This document shows positions 10,908 through 20,835 of a stretch of DNA of 64,000 nucleotides, piece by piece (within the stretch, counting starts at the first letter, position 1; every line of letters begins with the position of its first letter). The notes beneath the pieces are model-generated. The model was given only the letters and a program-made list of their open reading frames with translations, made no database searches and had not been told where the DNA came from. Position numbers and translations under genes: made by a program. The stretch comes from a virus (taxonomy: Duplodnaviria > Heunggongvirae > Uroviricota > Caudoviricetes). The DNA is taken from IMG/VR virus record IMGVR_UViG_2925891887_000001. The stretch is one strand, 5' to 3'.

Positions 10908-11717
10908 ATGAGTTCGGTTGAAAATGTAATGACAAATGATGATCTGGACGAGCTGACAGCCATGTTGCAATCACTTGATGAACCGGTAAAAAAAGCTGCA
11001 CAGGTTGAAAATACTGATGATATTGACGATCTGTTGCTCGGCCTAGATGCTGGCGTAGCCATGAGTTCTGATGATGTTGCCGAAGAACTGTTCAATGAAG
11101 AAAAAGCAGGTGATTTCAGCTCTGCTTTAAATGAGTTGGAGTTAGCGCATGAGCCTATAAACGTAATTAACGCTGAAAGTGTTGAAGCTGCCGAAAACGA
11201 GCCAGAACAATTGGGATTTATTGAGGTTGAAGAGTGTGTTGAGGCTAATGATGAATTAAAAGTTCAACAGTCAAATGATAGCAATACAAATAAAAAAGCG
11301 CGTACTGCAAGAGGTCCTCGTTTTACTTTAAGTGATAAAGATGATTCGTTTTTCAATAAAGCGGGCTTAGAAAAAGATATTTTCTTAGACGCTTACGATA
11401 ACGCGCCTGTCAAAGCAAAGGATAAGATATTAAACCTTCTTAATTGGTTTAGCGGAGGTCCAGATATTAGTGTTTACACGGTAATTTCCATGAGACACCT
11501 TCTCACAGAAAAGAAGGCAACAAGTAATAGTATTAAGATTGCTTTAATGAGCAATCCAGAAAAACCGTATCCGCTTAATACTGCGTCAACTCAGGCTGGG
11601 CAAATGATGGCTGTATTTCCAGCGACAGGAATTGCCGTTAGAGACGGTGGAAATCTAACATTGAACGAAGAATCACCGATCGTTAAGAAGTTTGTCGCGG
11701 AGTACACTATTGGATGA
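10908..11717 (+). CDS. hypothetical acidic protein (269 aa)
   Basis: SD AAGGAG; strongly acidic N-terminal half. Confidence 0.45.
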   Translation: MSSVENVMTNDDLDELTAMLQSLDEPVKKAAQVENTDDIDDLLLGLDAGVAMSSDDVAEELFNEEKAGDFSSALNELELAHEPINVINAESVEAAENEPEQLGFIEVEECVEANDELKVQQSNDSNTNKKARTARGPRFTLSDKDDSFFNKAGLEKDIFLDAYDNAPVKAKDKILNLLNWFSGGPDISVYTVISMRHLLTEKKATSNSIKIALMSNPEKPYPLNTASTQAGQMMAVFPATGIAVRDGGNLTLNEESPIVKKFVAEYTIG

Positions 11718-11900
11718 CGTTCCCCTACTTAAAATAAAGCCCATAGAGAGCTTTATAGTACTGGGTAAGCCAATCACATACCCAGCACCACAAAAACGCG
11801 CCAGAGAGCTTCTCGTTTGCATTTCTGGCGTGTTTTATTTGATTGCCAGACATAAAATCAAATGCAAAAATAGGTATATACTTACCTATCGAGAAAGAAG

Positions 11901-12494
11901 ATGATTGCAGCCGAAAAAATCAAACAGCGAAAGCGCGACAACTCTCTTCGTGACCTCTGGAGAACACCTGACTGGCTGTTTTCTGCCATTCAACGTTATC
12001 TTGGAGTGACATTTGATGTTGACGTTGCCTGCAACAAGGACAATGCAAAGCTGCCTAATTTCATAGGCGTTGAGCGTGATGCTTTGAAATCTGAATGGGG
12101 ACAGCCAGGTACAATTGCCTTCCTCAATCCACCCTACTCCAAAATCTACCCCTGGATTGATGCGGCTATACGTGAGCAGGCTCGCGGAGTTACAACAGTG
12201 ATGCTAATTCCTCAATCCCTCGATACAAAGTGGTATGAGCGTGCAACAGAGTGTGCGAATGAGACGATTATTCTGTCTGGTGGCCGCGTAGCGTTTGTCG
12301 AGCCTGACGTAAATCTGGGTCAGGTAGAAGTAAACATCAACCCAGGTGGCAGTATGCTCGTTGTTTTTCGAGGATTCTGTCAGGACGCTGGGCACTCTAT
12401 AAGCAAGATCCCTTTGGACGTCATGAAAAGTCTGGGAGGGTATGATCCTGCGAATGTGATCAGGAAAAAAAGACCATCAAAGAAGGCTGCTTAG
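11901..12494 (+). CDS. dam: DNA N6-adenine methyltransferase (phage Dam-type)
   Basis: 197 aa with catalytic NPPYS motif and phage Dam-like layout. Confidence 0.7.
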   Translation: MIAAEKIKQRKRDNSLRDLWRTPDWLFSAIQRYLGVTFDVDVACNKDNAKLPNFIGVERDALKSEWGQPGTIAFLNPPYSKIYPWIDAAIREQARGVTTVMLIPQSLDTKWYERATECANETIILSGGRVAFVEPDVNLGQVEVNINPGGSMLVVFRGFCQDAGHSISKIPLDVMKSLGGYDPANVIRKKRPSKKAA

Positions 12495-12500
12495 TTTGTT

Positions 12501-12600
12501 CTGGTGTCTGTAATTAGCCTGCTTCTGTATATATAAATAACTACATATTAATTATTAATATACGGAAGAAGGCTGTTTTGTATCAGAGACTCCAGACCTG
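12501..12600. repeat. nested inverted-repeat element R1 (copy of R2 at 39057-39154)
   Basis: gcctgcttctgtatatat ... atatacggaagaaggc arms around an AT-rich loop, outer ctggtgtctg/ccagacctg; about 75% identical to R2. Confidence 0.6.
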
Positions 12601-12679
12601 AACATCACTACAGAATCCACTAGAACCCCTTCCCAGACGCTTTAAAATCGATTTTATGAACCACTTTAAGGAAACCAAC

Positions 12680-12910
12680 ATGTCATACCCGACTAATGTC
12701 GTTGCGCTCGTAGAGAGCGATTTTCTGGCCCAGGCTCGTGAAATGATGAAAGATCGTGAGCAGGCTTTCAACTTGTACGAATGGGCAATTAAGTGCTTGC
12801 ATCTTGGCGAGCATCGCGAACTTGTTGAACAGCTTTTAGGTGAGTTGATCAATGAGGTGTTTGCCTTGAATGTTCAACTACATGGTAGAGAAAATAATCA
12901 ACCACAATGA
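12680..12910 (+). CDS. hypothetical protein (76 aa)
   Basis: Internal ATG with SD AAGGAAACC. Confidence 0.4.
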   Translation: MSYPTNVVALVESDFLAQAREMMKDREQAFNLYEWAIKCLHLGEHRELVEQLLGELINEVFALNVQLHGRENNQPQ

Positions 12911-13492
12911 TAGATAAGTACAAACTATTCATAAAGTGAATTGTAAGTGCTAAGATCTGATAGTTTCCAGTCGTAGACTGGAGACTCGACCTGATGGGTG
13001 GGGGTAAGCGTCACTGGCGTCAGGTTTAAAAAAGCTCACTACCAGCGTAGAACTGGTGCCGTTTAGGTGTCGGGGAAGGGGGAACCAAAGTGAGCAGAGA
13101 CAAGGGTCACTTTATGATTGTCGAGTCTGGGGTGTTTCGAGAGGTTGAATCCAGTACTCCCCTTCATAAAGTGTGGGAAGATCTCGGTTCTGGGGTGCTG
13201 TCATCCATAACTTCCCAAGTCTAAGCTGGCAGTAGACTTAGACCATAACTTTTCAGGTTATGAAACGACCAGGTTGGTGAGAGATTTTTATACTCACCTC
13301 CCTGGGAGAGTATTACCTGAAAAGACAACCTCTCACTTCGTTCGAGGTGAACTTCACTCACTTCGTTCGTTCAGTTCAGGTTTATAAAAACCTGTTCTGG
13401 GAAGTAATTTGTTTATTTTAATAATTATTAACACGCACGCGTGTGCGCACGCGCGAAGAAAAATCGGCGCGGCGCTTGATTCAGGAGTTTAT

Positions 13493-14083
13493 ATGACGAC
13501 GAAGACACCAGCCCGATCGCAAGCAAAAACTCGCAAAAAAGCCAAAAACAAAAATTCCCCCCGCACCAATCCCACAACGCCTGTCGTAGAGTTCAATCCC
13601 CAGCTTAAAACCGTGAAAATCTTTAGTGATGGCTCTTGCCTTAAAAATCCGGGTGGCCCGGGCGGTTACGGTATCGTTCTCCAGTATCGTGGTGAGGAAC
13701 GCGAGTTCTCAGATGGTTTTCATAGCACCACCAATAACCGCATGGAGATGATGGGGGCACTTATCGGGCTGGAGCGTTTGAAATATCCATGCAACGTTAT
13801 TTTGCACTCTGATAGCCAGTATCTGAAAAACGGCATGACACAGTGGATGAAATGGTGGAAACGCAATGGATGGATGACTTCTGACAAAAAACCGGTAAAG
13901 AATGTTGATCTGTGGAAGCGTCTGGATGAGGCCGCAAGTCGACATAATGTTCGCTGGAAGTGGGTTAAAGGTCACGCCGGGCATCGTGAAAATGAAATAT
14001 GTGATCGACTCGCGAAGATCGCAGCTTTTTCAGCAGCAGATATGCCTCACAAGAAAGATATTGGTTTTGTTTATAATAAATAG
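13493..14083 (+). CDS. rnhA: ribonuclease HI with basic N-terminal extension
   Basis: [41 protein letters not shown], [12 protein letters not shown] colinear with E. coli RnhA; SD CAGGAG. Confidence 0.85.
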   Translation: MTTKTPARSQAKTRKKAKNKNSPRTNPTTPVVEFNPQLKTVKIFSDGSCLKNPGGPGGYGIVLQYRGEEREFSDGFHSTTNNRMEMMGALIGLERLKYPCNVILHSDSQYLKNGMTQWMKWWKRNGWMTSDKKPVKNVDLWKRLDEAASRHNVRWKWVKGHAGHRENEICDRLAKIAAFSAADMPHKKDIGFVYNK

Positions 14084-14231
14084 TAAGTAAGTGTTTACCT
14101 ATCATTTTAAATCATGTATCTTATCGGCGTCAGGATGACAATGTGTCGGTAAGACACAGTTCCAGGATGGAACGAGAAAGGCGGCTGGCAATCGCCAGCC
14201 GCAACTCTTTCTGACACTGGATGGAGTCCAC

Positions 14232-14726
14232 ATGGCACGTCAAACCTATTTCACTTCTGTAACTAAACGCCCTCGTTCTTTACGTCAAATTTTGGCCGAA
14301 TTATTTAGCGGTCGTGTTATGTCACGCCTTGAAGAACTAGAGACTACCGTTCGGTTGCTGAATGAACGTTTAGATAATCAAGCGTCAGTTGTTGCGAACG
14401 TGGGGGCGATTGTTGCCTCTGGCTCTTCACGCGAAGCGAAAAATGCACGGCCTTTAGTGAAGGAGAAAAACAACAAGGACAGTTCGAATGGAAAATTTTC
14501 AAAGAAAGAGGCTGAAACCAATGGCCTACGTTCTCATTATAGTTTCACTGGCGACGGTAGCCGTTCCAGCCGGTCAGAGCCTTTTGATGCCGGATTCATC
14601 CACCACCACACCTTCGTCGACGACAATTATCACCACTCCAGTGGAGCGTCCTGTCACTCTGGATGGGATGGCGGTGGATGCGATACCTCAAGTTCATCCA
14701 GTTACTCAGGATCATGCTGTGACTAA
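14232..14726 (+). CDS. hypothetical protein (N-terminal coiled coil; 3' half overlaps next ORF in another frame)
   Basis: ORF with GGAG upstream; C-terminal third is low-complexity and may be non-coding. Confidence 0.3.
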   Translation: MARQTYFTSVTKRPRSLRQILAELFSGRVMSRLEELETTVRLLNERLDNQASVVANVGAIVASGSSREAKNARPLVKEKNNKDSSNGKFSKKEAETNGLRSHYSFTGDGSRSSRSEPFDAGFIHHHTFVDDNYHHSSGASCHSGWDGGGCDTSSSSSYSGSCCD

Positions 14727-14739
14727 GGCGGTTGTATGA
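14521..14739 (+). CDS. small membrane-anchored Thr/Pro-rich protein (72 aa)
   Basis: SD AAGAGG 9 nt upstream; hydrophobic MAYVLIIVSLATVAVPA then TTTPSSTT; stop overlaps next start (ATGA). Confidence 0.4.
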   Translation: MAYVLIIVSLATVAVPAGQSLLMPDSSTTTPSSTTIITTPVERPVTLDGMAVDAIPQVHPVTQDHAVTKAVV

Positions 14740-14924
14740 ACTGGTTTTCAAATCACTTTGGAAAAATTTGGCTGGCAATTCTTGCCCTCATGGCCGCCGG
14801 TTGGGTATCGAACATTATAAAACTTGTTTGCTCTGGCGATCTCCAGTTTCAGGCTGGCATGACCTTGGCTCGTGTAGTTGGGATTTTTGTTTTTCCAGTT
14901 GGTTCGGTACTTGGTTATTTCTGA
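14736..14924 (+). CDS. small membrane protein (62 aa, two predicted TM helices)
   Basis: Translationally coupled ATGA overlap; hydrophobic segments. Confidence 0.4.
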   Translation: MNWFSNHFGKIWLAILALMAAGWVSNIIKLVCSGDLQFQAGMTLARVVGIFVFPVGSVLGYF

Positions 14925-14977
14925 CGGCTGTTAGTGCATATGCATTGACCATCTCTGCGTAAGCAATTTATGTAATT

Positions 14978-14994
14978 AGAAAACAACTTGTTTT
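14978..14994. promoter_or_regulatory. motif A palindrome AGAAAACAAcTTGTTTT (operator/promoter-like)
   Basis: Palindrome 24 nt upstream of ATG 15018, followed by conserved leader AAAGGAAAACACATG. Confidence 0.5.
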
Positions 14995-15017
14995 GACAAA
15001 TAATAAAAGGAAAACAC

Positions 15018-15443
15018 ATGTTAGGTTTCTTCAAAAAGAAAACTCGTAAAGCTGTTATCGAAGTCAAAAAAATGGAGAACCGTGATGCGGTTGAGGCCAC
15101 CGTGTGGGGCGCGTACATGATCTCCTATGCCGACGGCACATGTGACGCAAAAGAAATTGCCATTCTTGAGAAGACAATTGCAGCTCTGCCTGCGTTTTCT
15201 CCGTTTGCTGGTGAAATTGCCCAAATGAGCGCCAATATCCGTGCTCGTTACGAAGCGTCCCCTCGTTCTGCTAATGCACAGGCTATTCGTGAGCTGTCTG
15301 ATATTGCGGGTACTCCAGAGGCGGTCGATGTTCTGTGTCTGTGCCTTGATATTGCCGATCAGGACGGCATTGGTGAACAAGAAGAGCAGGCACTGAAAAA
15401 GATCGCCCAGGCGCTTCAGTTGTCACTGGATGCTTATCTCTAA
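15018..15443 (+). CDS. TerB-like domain protein
   Basis: Two helical ADG/ADQDG...E segments (YMISYADGTCDAKEIAILEK, LCLDIADQDGIGEQEEQAL) typical of TerB-family proteins. Confidence 0.45.
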   Translation: MLGFFKKKTRKAVIEVKKMENRDAVEATVWGAYMISYADGTCDAKEIAILEKTIAALPAFSPFAGEIAQMSANIRARYEASPRSANAQAIRELSDIAGTPEAVDVLCLCLDIADQDGIGEQEEQALKKIAQALQLSLDAYL

Positions 15444-15601
15444 TGCTTGAGAGATTCCGGCTTGTGATCGTCATTGCTCTTCTGGTGATGGCGGTGTTGG
15501 TGGATTTTACGGGAAAGATGATGTCTGTCATTTCTGATGGCGTCCTCATTGGTCTGGCGATCTACTTCGCTTATCCGCTAGTCCGTAAAGCAACGTGTTA
15601 A
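15443..15601 (+). CDS. small hydrophobic protein (about 52 aa)
   Basis: ATG overlapping TerB-like stop (TAATG); two hydrophobic stretches; below ORF-track size cutoff. Confidence 0.3.
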   Translation: MLERFRLVIVIALLVMAVLVDFTGKMMSVISDGVLIGLAIYFAYPLVRKATC

Positions 15602-15706
15602 TGACAAGGGCCAAATGGCCCTTGTGTTTCGTTGACCGAAATAGAGAGTTTGCACCTTTACGTTTAGCTTGCTCCCCTTTTATGCCACATCACAATAAAG
15701 CCAATA

Positions 15707-15722
15707 AGAAAACAACTTGTTT
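15707..15722. promoter_or_regulatory. motif A palindrome AGAAAACAAcTTGTTT
   Basis: 18 nt upstream of ATG 15741 with AGGAAAAACACATG leader. Confidence 0.5.
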
Positions 15723-15740
15723 AAGCATTAGGAAAAACAC

Positions 15741-16307
15741 ATGTGCAAGAAATGCAAAGCGATAGCTGATGAACAAAACGCCTTATTCGAAGAAATGGAT
15801 GCTAATGAACTGGTCAAAATGTTAGCCATTCTTCGAGGAATAGAAGACGTTTCCATATTTGAGAGAGTGGTTACAGCACTTAATTTTGAGTCCACCTTTG
15901 AAGAGCCAACTCAGGTTGTAGCTTTAGCACATCATTTCGGTGTTCATTATCTTGCTGAAAAAGAGAGAGCTGATAAGTTGCAAGCGACTTTGGATATGGT
16001 GAGCGAGACTCCAGGACCTCATGACGGTAACAAAAGTGAGACGATTATTGCCAGCAAAGATCGTGAAATTGCCGGGCTTAAATCCTCTCTAACGATGTTG
16101 ATGTCTGCAATTAACCTTATGTCTTCTAAAGCAGGTTATAAAATGCCATCACTAAACAGCGACGATCCGATGGCCGTTCGCCAGCTTTTAGGTGCAATGG
16201 CCGACCAGCTCGAAGACACAAAGAGTCGCCTTGAAGACATGATGCGGGAGCTCACGCATCGCCATGACTTGAATAAGCAGCCGCACAAAACGCAATACGC
16301 ACTCTAA
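15741..16307 (+). CDS. hypothetical protein (188 aa)
   Basis: Conserved leader and ATG. Confidence 0.45.
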   Translation: MCKKCKAIADEQNALFEEMDANELVKMLAILRGIEDVSIFERVVTALNFESTFEEPTQVVALAHHFGVHYLAEKERADKLQATLDMVSETPGPHDGNKSETIIASKDREIAGLKSSLTMLMSAINLMSSKAGYKMPSLNSDDPMAVRQLLGAMADQLEDTKSRLEDMMRELTHRHDLNKQPHKTQYAL

Positions 16308-16448
16308 TACAGCACCAGTCGACAGGGGGCGACAGCCCCCATTTTTACGCCTTAAATCTGCTGTAACGCCTATGAATGCAGCTTTTATGCCTTTTCAAGT
16401 TTGCGATAATTACACCAATCAGAAAACAAATTATTTAATGGTGTAATT

Positions 16449-18134
16449 ATGAATACAGCCCTTTCCATCATCGACGATGCCAGCTCAAACACGGCTATCG
16501 ACTATCGTCAGGAAATGAATGTCATCCACGAAATCGTGGCCGAGTGCGAGAAAGAGATCGCCTTCATGTATCAGGTACACGACTTCGTTTATGGCGACGA
16601 ACGCCACAACATGATTAATCGCCTGCTGAGACTAAACCATCGACCAGATGAAGATCGCTCGCGTTTAAATCGAGGTTGGTTGGATAAAGTCGATCTGGAA
16701 TGGGTGAAACAGAATATTTGGGCCGAGTACTGGAGGAAGGTCACGGACATGACTAACGTTTTGCTGATCATGCCAGCTTCCCGTCGAGATGAGTGGCGCG
16801 AGCAGTTTATAGAGGGCAAACAGGAAGTCATCAAAACTGACAGAACCGGCTACCAGATGAAGGTTAAAGAGTTCGTTGGTGTACCGGAGTTCAAAGCAGA
16901 AACGGTCATACCCACGATGCTTAATTTGCTGAATGACAGGCACAAATATCTCTCTGAGCGCGTGTATGGCTTGTTTAAGGCGCTGAGTCCTGCGCACAAG
17001 ACAAATAAGACAAACGGTTTCAGCGAGCGGCTGATAATCGCTGACTGCATTTCTGATTTCTGGCGGGACAGCGTTAGCGTGAACTATCGCAAAGAGGACT
17101 ACATCGACGATCTGCGTGTCTTGCTTCATTTCTTCGCGCACAAAGAATTTATTACCATCAATCGCACTGCTGAGGTGCTATCAGCTGCGTATCGGGCAAA
17201 CGACTGCCAGACCGGTGACTGGATGAACGTCGATGGAAATCTGATGCGCGTGAAGATGTTCAAGAACGGCAACGTTCACTTTGAAATACATCCTGACGTG
17301 GCCTGGAAGTTGAATGAGGTGCTGGCTTACAGTATGCCTGCTGCAATCCCCGCGCCATGTCGCACCGCGCCAAAAACACGGGCACCAAAGCAGTTCGGGT
17401 TAATCCAGAAGACGATCTCCGTGCCGGTTCGCACTGCGCTTCGTGACGGGCGATTGAGCAAAGACAAAGGCGTATGGTACTTCTCTGATTCAGCTCTCCA
17501 GAAGTCGCAGGTGGAAGAGCTTGAGCGCACACTGAGCTTCATTGGCGGCGTGCAGGAGAAAAAACACTGGCAGTTCCCGTATGAGATCGGCCATACGCTA
17601 AATACGATTGTGGCTACCGGATTAATACCGGATACAAAATCACACCAGTTCTACCCTACCCCACGCTTGATTGCTGAGTACGTTGCCAGAGCCACTGAAT
17701 TGAAGTCTGGTGAGAAGCTGCTGGAGCCTCAAGCCGGACGTGGGGATCTTCTGGCCTATATCAACGCCGATCTGGAAGATGTTACCTGCATAGAAATCGC
17801 ACCTCTCTTCGCTGATATCCTGCGCGGAAAAGGGTATACGAACACGATTTGCTGCGACTTCATAAAGTGGTCTGAGGACAACGTAGGTTATCAGTTCGAC
17901 AAAATCGTTATGAACCCGCCGTACTCGCTTGGTCGTCATAGAGAGCACACGCTGGCTGCGCTGGGGCATCTGAAAGTCGGCGGGCGTCTTGTAGCAGTAT
18001 TGCCGGGCACTGCGCCAATACTGGACTGGATGACGATGGATAATTACGTTTATGCCAGAGGGAAGTCGTTTACCAACGAGTTTGAAGACACAGGGATCAC
18101 AGTCAGCGTATACGTTTTCAAACGCGTTAAATGA
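16449..18134 (+). CDS. DNA N6-adenine methyltransferase with large N-terminal domain of unknown function
   Basis: C-terminal about 170 aa carry gamma-class motifs: QFYPTP (X), EPQAGRGDL (I, SAM-binding), NPPYS (IV); N-terminal about 390 aa unassigned. Confidence 0.7.
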   Translation: MNTALSIIDDASSNTAIDYRQEMNVIHEIVAECEKEIAFMYQVHDFVYGDERHNMINRLLRLNHRPDEDRSRLNRGWLDKVDLEWVKQNIWAEYWRKVTDMTNVLLIMPASRRDEWREQFIEGKQEVIKTDRTGYQMKVKEFVGVPEFKAETVIPTMLNLLNDRHKYLSERVYGLFKALSPAHKTNKTNGFSERLIIADCISDFWRDSVSVNYRKEDYIDDLRVLLHFFAHKEFITINRTAEVLSAAYRANDCQTGDWMNVDGNLMRVKMFKNGNVHFEIHPDVAWKLNEVLAYSMPAAIPAPCRTAPKTRAPKQFGLIQKTISVPVRTALRDGRLSKDKGVWYFSDSALQKSQVEELERTLSFIGGVQEKKHWQFPYEIGHTLNTIVATGLIPDTKSHQFYPTPRLIAEYVARATELKSGEKLLEPQAGRGDLLAYINADLEDVTCIEIAPLFADILRGKGYTNTICCDFIKWSEDNVGYQFDKIVMNPPYSLGRHREHTLAALGHLKVGGRLVAVLPGTAPILDWMTMDNYVYARGKSFTNEFEDTGITVSVYVFKRVK

Positions 18135-18150
18135 TAGGTAAATACTTACT
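18133..18150. promoter_or_regulatory. motif B palindrome GATAGGTAAATACTTACT
   Basis: Overlaps stop codon of methyltransferase gene. Confidence 0.45.
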
Positions 18151-18194
18151 TAGTTTATGTAAGAATGTAGTAACTAAACGATAAGAGAAAACAC

Positions 18195-18899
18195 ATGAGC
18201 AACCTCCAGTTAGAGCATTTTAACGTCACAGGCCATTCCGATTTTCCTTTCAAGTTTACATTGAAAGGTTATGCAGAGGATGCGGTAGGCCAGATCATTA
18301 TTGATAAAGACATCGTTAAGTTTGAGGGGAATTTTGATGAATCCGCGAAAACATTCATAGACTTCGTTGCCAAACGTTGGAGCGAGCAATGGAAAAACCT
18401 GGAAAAGCGCGCCAATGAGTTTGATCGGTTCATGGATGCAATGGATACAGCAAAAGAGGCTCTTGATGCCGGGACTCCGTTAGATCTGGAGTCACTTTTC
18501 AACGGCGAAGTGGCCTCTGCGATGTTCGCCACCATGTTCGCGGGTGAGTTCGTCCGCAGCGGTGCCAAAAACTACCTTGAGCTGGATTACAACGTCCCTG
18601 CAATTGGCGATTTCGTCGTTACCATCCAACGCAAAGAAGGTAAGACGCCAGGTGAACGCGTCGCAGAGCTTGAGGCCGTTGTGGATCAGCGTAACGGAGA
18701 GTGTGACCGTTTGATCAACGAGCTTCATGCACTTCGGGAAGAAAGAATATGTGCGGGTAGCAATACACGTAATGCAGCGGATATCTACTTCCAGTTAGTT
18801 GAGGAATGCCAGATTCCACCAGGTGGCTCTCTTGTCGATTACGTCAGACATTTAATGGCGGAAGTTAACTCCAGCCATAAAGATGGTGAGGTGCGCTGA
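18195..18899 (+). CDS. hypothetical protein (234 aa)
   Basis: Conserved leader AGAGAAAACACATG. Confidence 0.45.
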   Translation: MSNLQLEHFNVTGHSDFPFKFTLKGYAEDAVGQIIIDKDIVKFEGNFDESAKTFIDFVAKRWSEQWKNLEKRANEFDRFMDAMDTAKEALDAGTPLDLESLFNGEVASAMFATMFAGEFVRSGAKNYLELDYNVPAIGDFVVTIQRKEGKTPGERVAELEAVVDQRNGECDRLINELHALREERICAGSNTRNAADIYFQLVEECQIPPGGSLVDYVRHLMAEVNSSHKDGEVR

Positions 18900-19279
18900 T
18901 GTTTGGCATTGACGCACAGCGTATAGCCGCTTTTGCAAAAAGCCCTCTTGATAATCCCTTGTCTCGTAGTGAGCAAATGGAGCTGGCAAGGCTTTTTATT
19001 CACATTCAAAAACAGGCAGACGTTTTCAATAACATGCCTAATCAACCTATTCTGGATGGTCACATCCAGATGGTCATTAACAGTCATGAGAAAGGCTGGG
19101 CTGCAATCGTCCCCTGCACAATTACATACAGGTTGGCGAAAGAGGTTCAAGAGTTTCGAAAAGCCAGTGTCGAATCGGAGTCTACCAAAGCCGCAATAAA
19201 CACTCTTATTCGCATGGGGTTCACATGGACCGGTGGAGCCTACTGGCAAGCACCTCACCCCATTTTATCCGGCAATTAG
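18899..19279 (+). CDS. hypothetical protein (126 aa)
   Basis: ATG overlaps upstream stop. Confidence 0.4.
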   Translation: MFGIDAQRIAAFAKSPLDNPLSRSEQMELARLFIHIQKQADVFNNMPNQPILDGHIQMVINSHEKGWAAIVPCTITYRLAKEVQEFRKASVESESTKAAINTLIRMGFTWTGGAYWQAPHPILSGN

Positions 19280-19441
19280 ACGCTACAAATCCTTCGGCAT
19301 GAATAAATAAAGGCCATAAGTTGTGGCCTTAAATAAATTGTTTTCTACCTTTTCTTATTTGTGAAAATAACCACAACTAGAAAACAACGGAGTTAAGAAT
19401 GTCTAGTATTTCCGAAGCTCATATGTTCGCCGCTGGCGCTC

Positions 19442-19568
19442 GGTGATGCTGCCAACTTACTGATTTAGTGTATGATGGTGTTTTTGAGGTGCTCCAGTGG
19501 CTTCTGTTTCTATCAGCTGTCCCTCCTGTTCAGCTACTGACGGGGTGGTGCGTAACGGCAAAAGCACC
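19442..19568 (+). mobile_element. IS1 fragment (left terminal inverted repeat through insA codon 24 only)
   Basis: Identical to IS1 positions 1-127 and to the reverse complement of the complete IS1 at 54445-55212; identity stops abruptly inside insA. Confidence 0.9.
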
Positions 19569-19577
19569 ACCTTTTTA

Positions 19578-20678
19578 TCACACTGCGCGGAATGCGATTT
19601 CGCCAGGTATTACTTCACCTTGCCAATACATTTGGGCAGCAACGCGATCTGCGAGGTCACGATAAATAGCCGTAAATTCACTATCTGGACGACTAATAAC
19701 GGTTGGTGTTCCGTTATCCAGATCTTCACGAAGAGAGATATGAAGTGGCATTTGGCCTAACAACTGCGTGTTGTATTTCTCGGCCAGTTTCTGTGCGCCA
19801 CCGGTGCCAAAAATTGGCTCGTGATGACCGCAGTTACTGCAAATATGCACACTCATGTTTTCAACGATACCCAGTACCGGCACTTCGACTTTTTCGAACA
19901 TCACAATGCCTTTCTTCGCATCGATCAGCGCGATGTCTTGCGGCGTAGTTACCACAACCGCACCAGTTACAGGAATGTTCTGCGCCAGCGTCAATTGAAT
20001 ATCACCAGTGCCCGGTGGCATATCGAGAACGAGATAGTCCAGATCAGGCCACAGTGTTTCCTGCAACATCTGCATCAGCGCCTTGCTGGCCATCGGTCCA
20101 CGCCACACCATTGCATTGTCGTCGGTGACCAGATAACCAATAGAGTTGGTTGCCAGGCCATGAGACATGATAGGTGCCATGTGAGTACCGTCCGGTGAGG
20201 TTGGACGTTGGTTTTCCGCGCCCAGCATGGTTGGAATTGATGGACCATAGATATCGGCATCCAAAATACCAACTTTCGCACCTTCAGCAGCCAACGCCAG
20301 TGCCAGGTTTACCGCCGTGGAGGATTTACCCACGCCGCCCTTGCCCGAGCTGACGGCGATAATGTTCTTAACGCCATTAATGCCTGGTTGGTTTTTGACG
20401 CGCTTAAGCGTGGCAATGTTGTACGACAGCTTCCAGTCAATAGCCTTTGCGCCAGTGATACGGAGCAGATCACCACTACATTGCTCTTTCAGGTCTTCAA
20501 AAGGCTTATTCCACACGAAAGGCATGATTAGTTCGACATGCAGTGTGTCATCCATCAACGCAACATGGTGTAACGCTTTAAGCGTAGTCAGGTTGTGTTT
20601 CAGGGTTGGGTGCTGAAAATTAGCCAGCGTACCGGCTACCATTGCTCTCAGGGCATCCGGCGATTTGGACTCGCTCAT
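19578..20678 (-). CDS. apbC: Fe-S cluster carrier ATPase Mrp/ApbC (E. coli chromosomal gene)
   Basis: 366-aa ORF with deviant Walker [12 protein letters not shown], CxxC pair (ICSNCGHH) and near-identity to E. coli Mrp as I recall it. Confidence 0.9.
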   Translation of the reverse strand: MSESKSPDALRAMVAGTLANFQHPTLKHNLTTLKALHHVALMDDTLHVELIMPFVWNKPFEDLKEQCSGDLLRITGAKAIDWKLSYNIATLKRVKNQPGINGVKNIIAVSSGKGGVGKSSTAVNLALALAAEGAKVGILDADIYGPSIPTMLGAENQRPTSPDGTHMAPIMSHGLATNSIGYLVTDDNAMVWRGPMASKALMQMLQETLWPDLDYLVLDMPPGTGDIQLTLAQNIPVTGAVVVTTPQDIALIDAKKGIVMFEKVEVPVLGIVENMSVHICSNCGHHEPIFGTGGAQKLAEKYNTQLLGQMPLHISLREDLDNGTPTVISRPDSEFTAIYRDLADRVAAQMYWQGEVIPGEIAFRAV

Positions 20679-20835
20679 CCCGTCTCCTTTATTTTAATTT
20701 GCGCAATTGTCGCCTTGTAGTGTACTCCAGCTACGACATTTAATCATTTATGAGAAATGCTGTTATCACATGGCAGACATAAGGCCATTTTGTTACTATC
20801 AAGCCCCTTTTCACTACAAAGAAGTAATGCCTACT

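Noticed and set aside
11692-11904. 70-aa ORF bridging the end of gene 10908-11717 and the dam start
   Set aside because: It spans a motif B palindrome and the dam ribosome-binding region and has no start context of its own
12911-13408. Possible tRNA gene cluster in the ORF-free region
   Set aside because: No canonical T-arm (GTTCRANYC with complementary stems) or acceptor/anticodon architecture found by eye; needs tRNAscan-SE to exclude formally
19442-19568. Reading the IS1 fragment as a second intact insertion with host DNA as natural flank
   Set aside because: Only 127 bp of IS1 is present and identity ends inside insA, so the junction with host DNA is not an IS end; rearrangement or assembly chimera fits better
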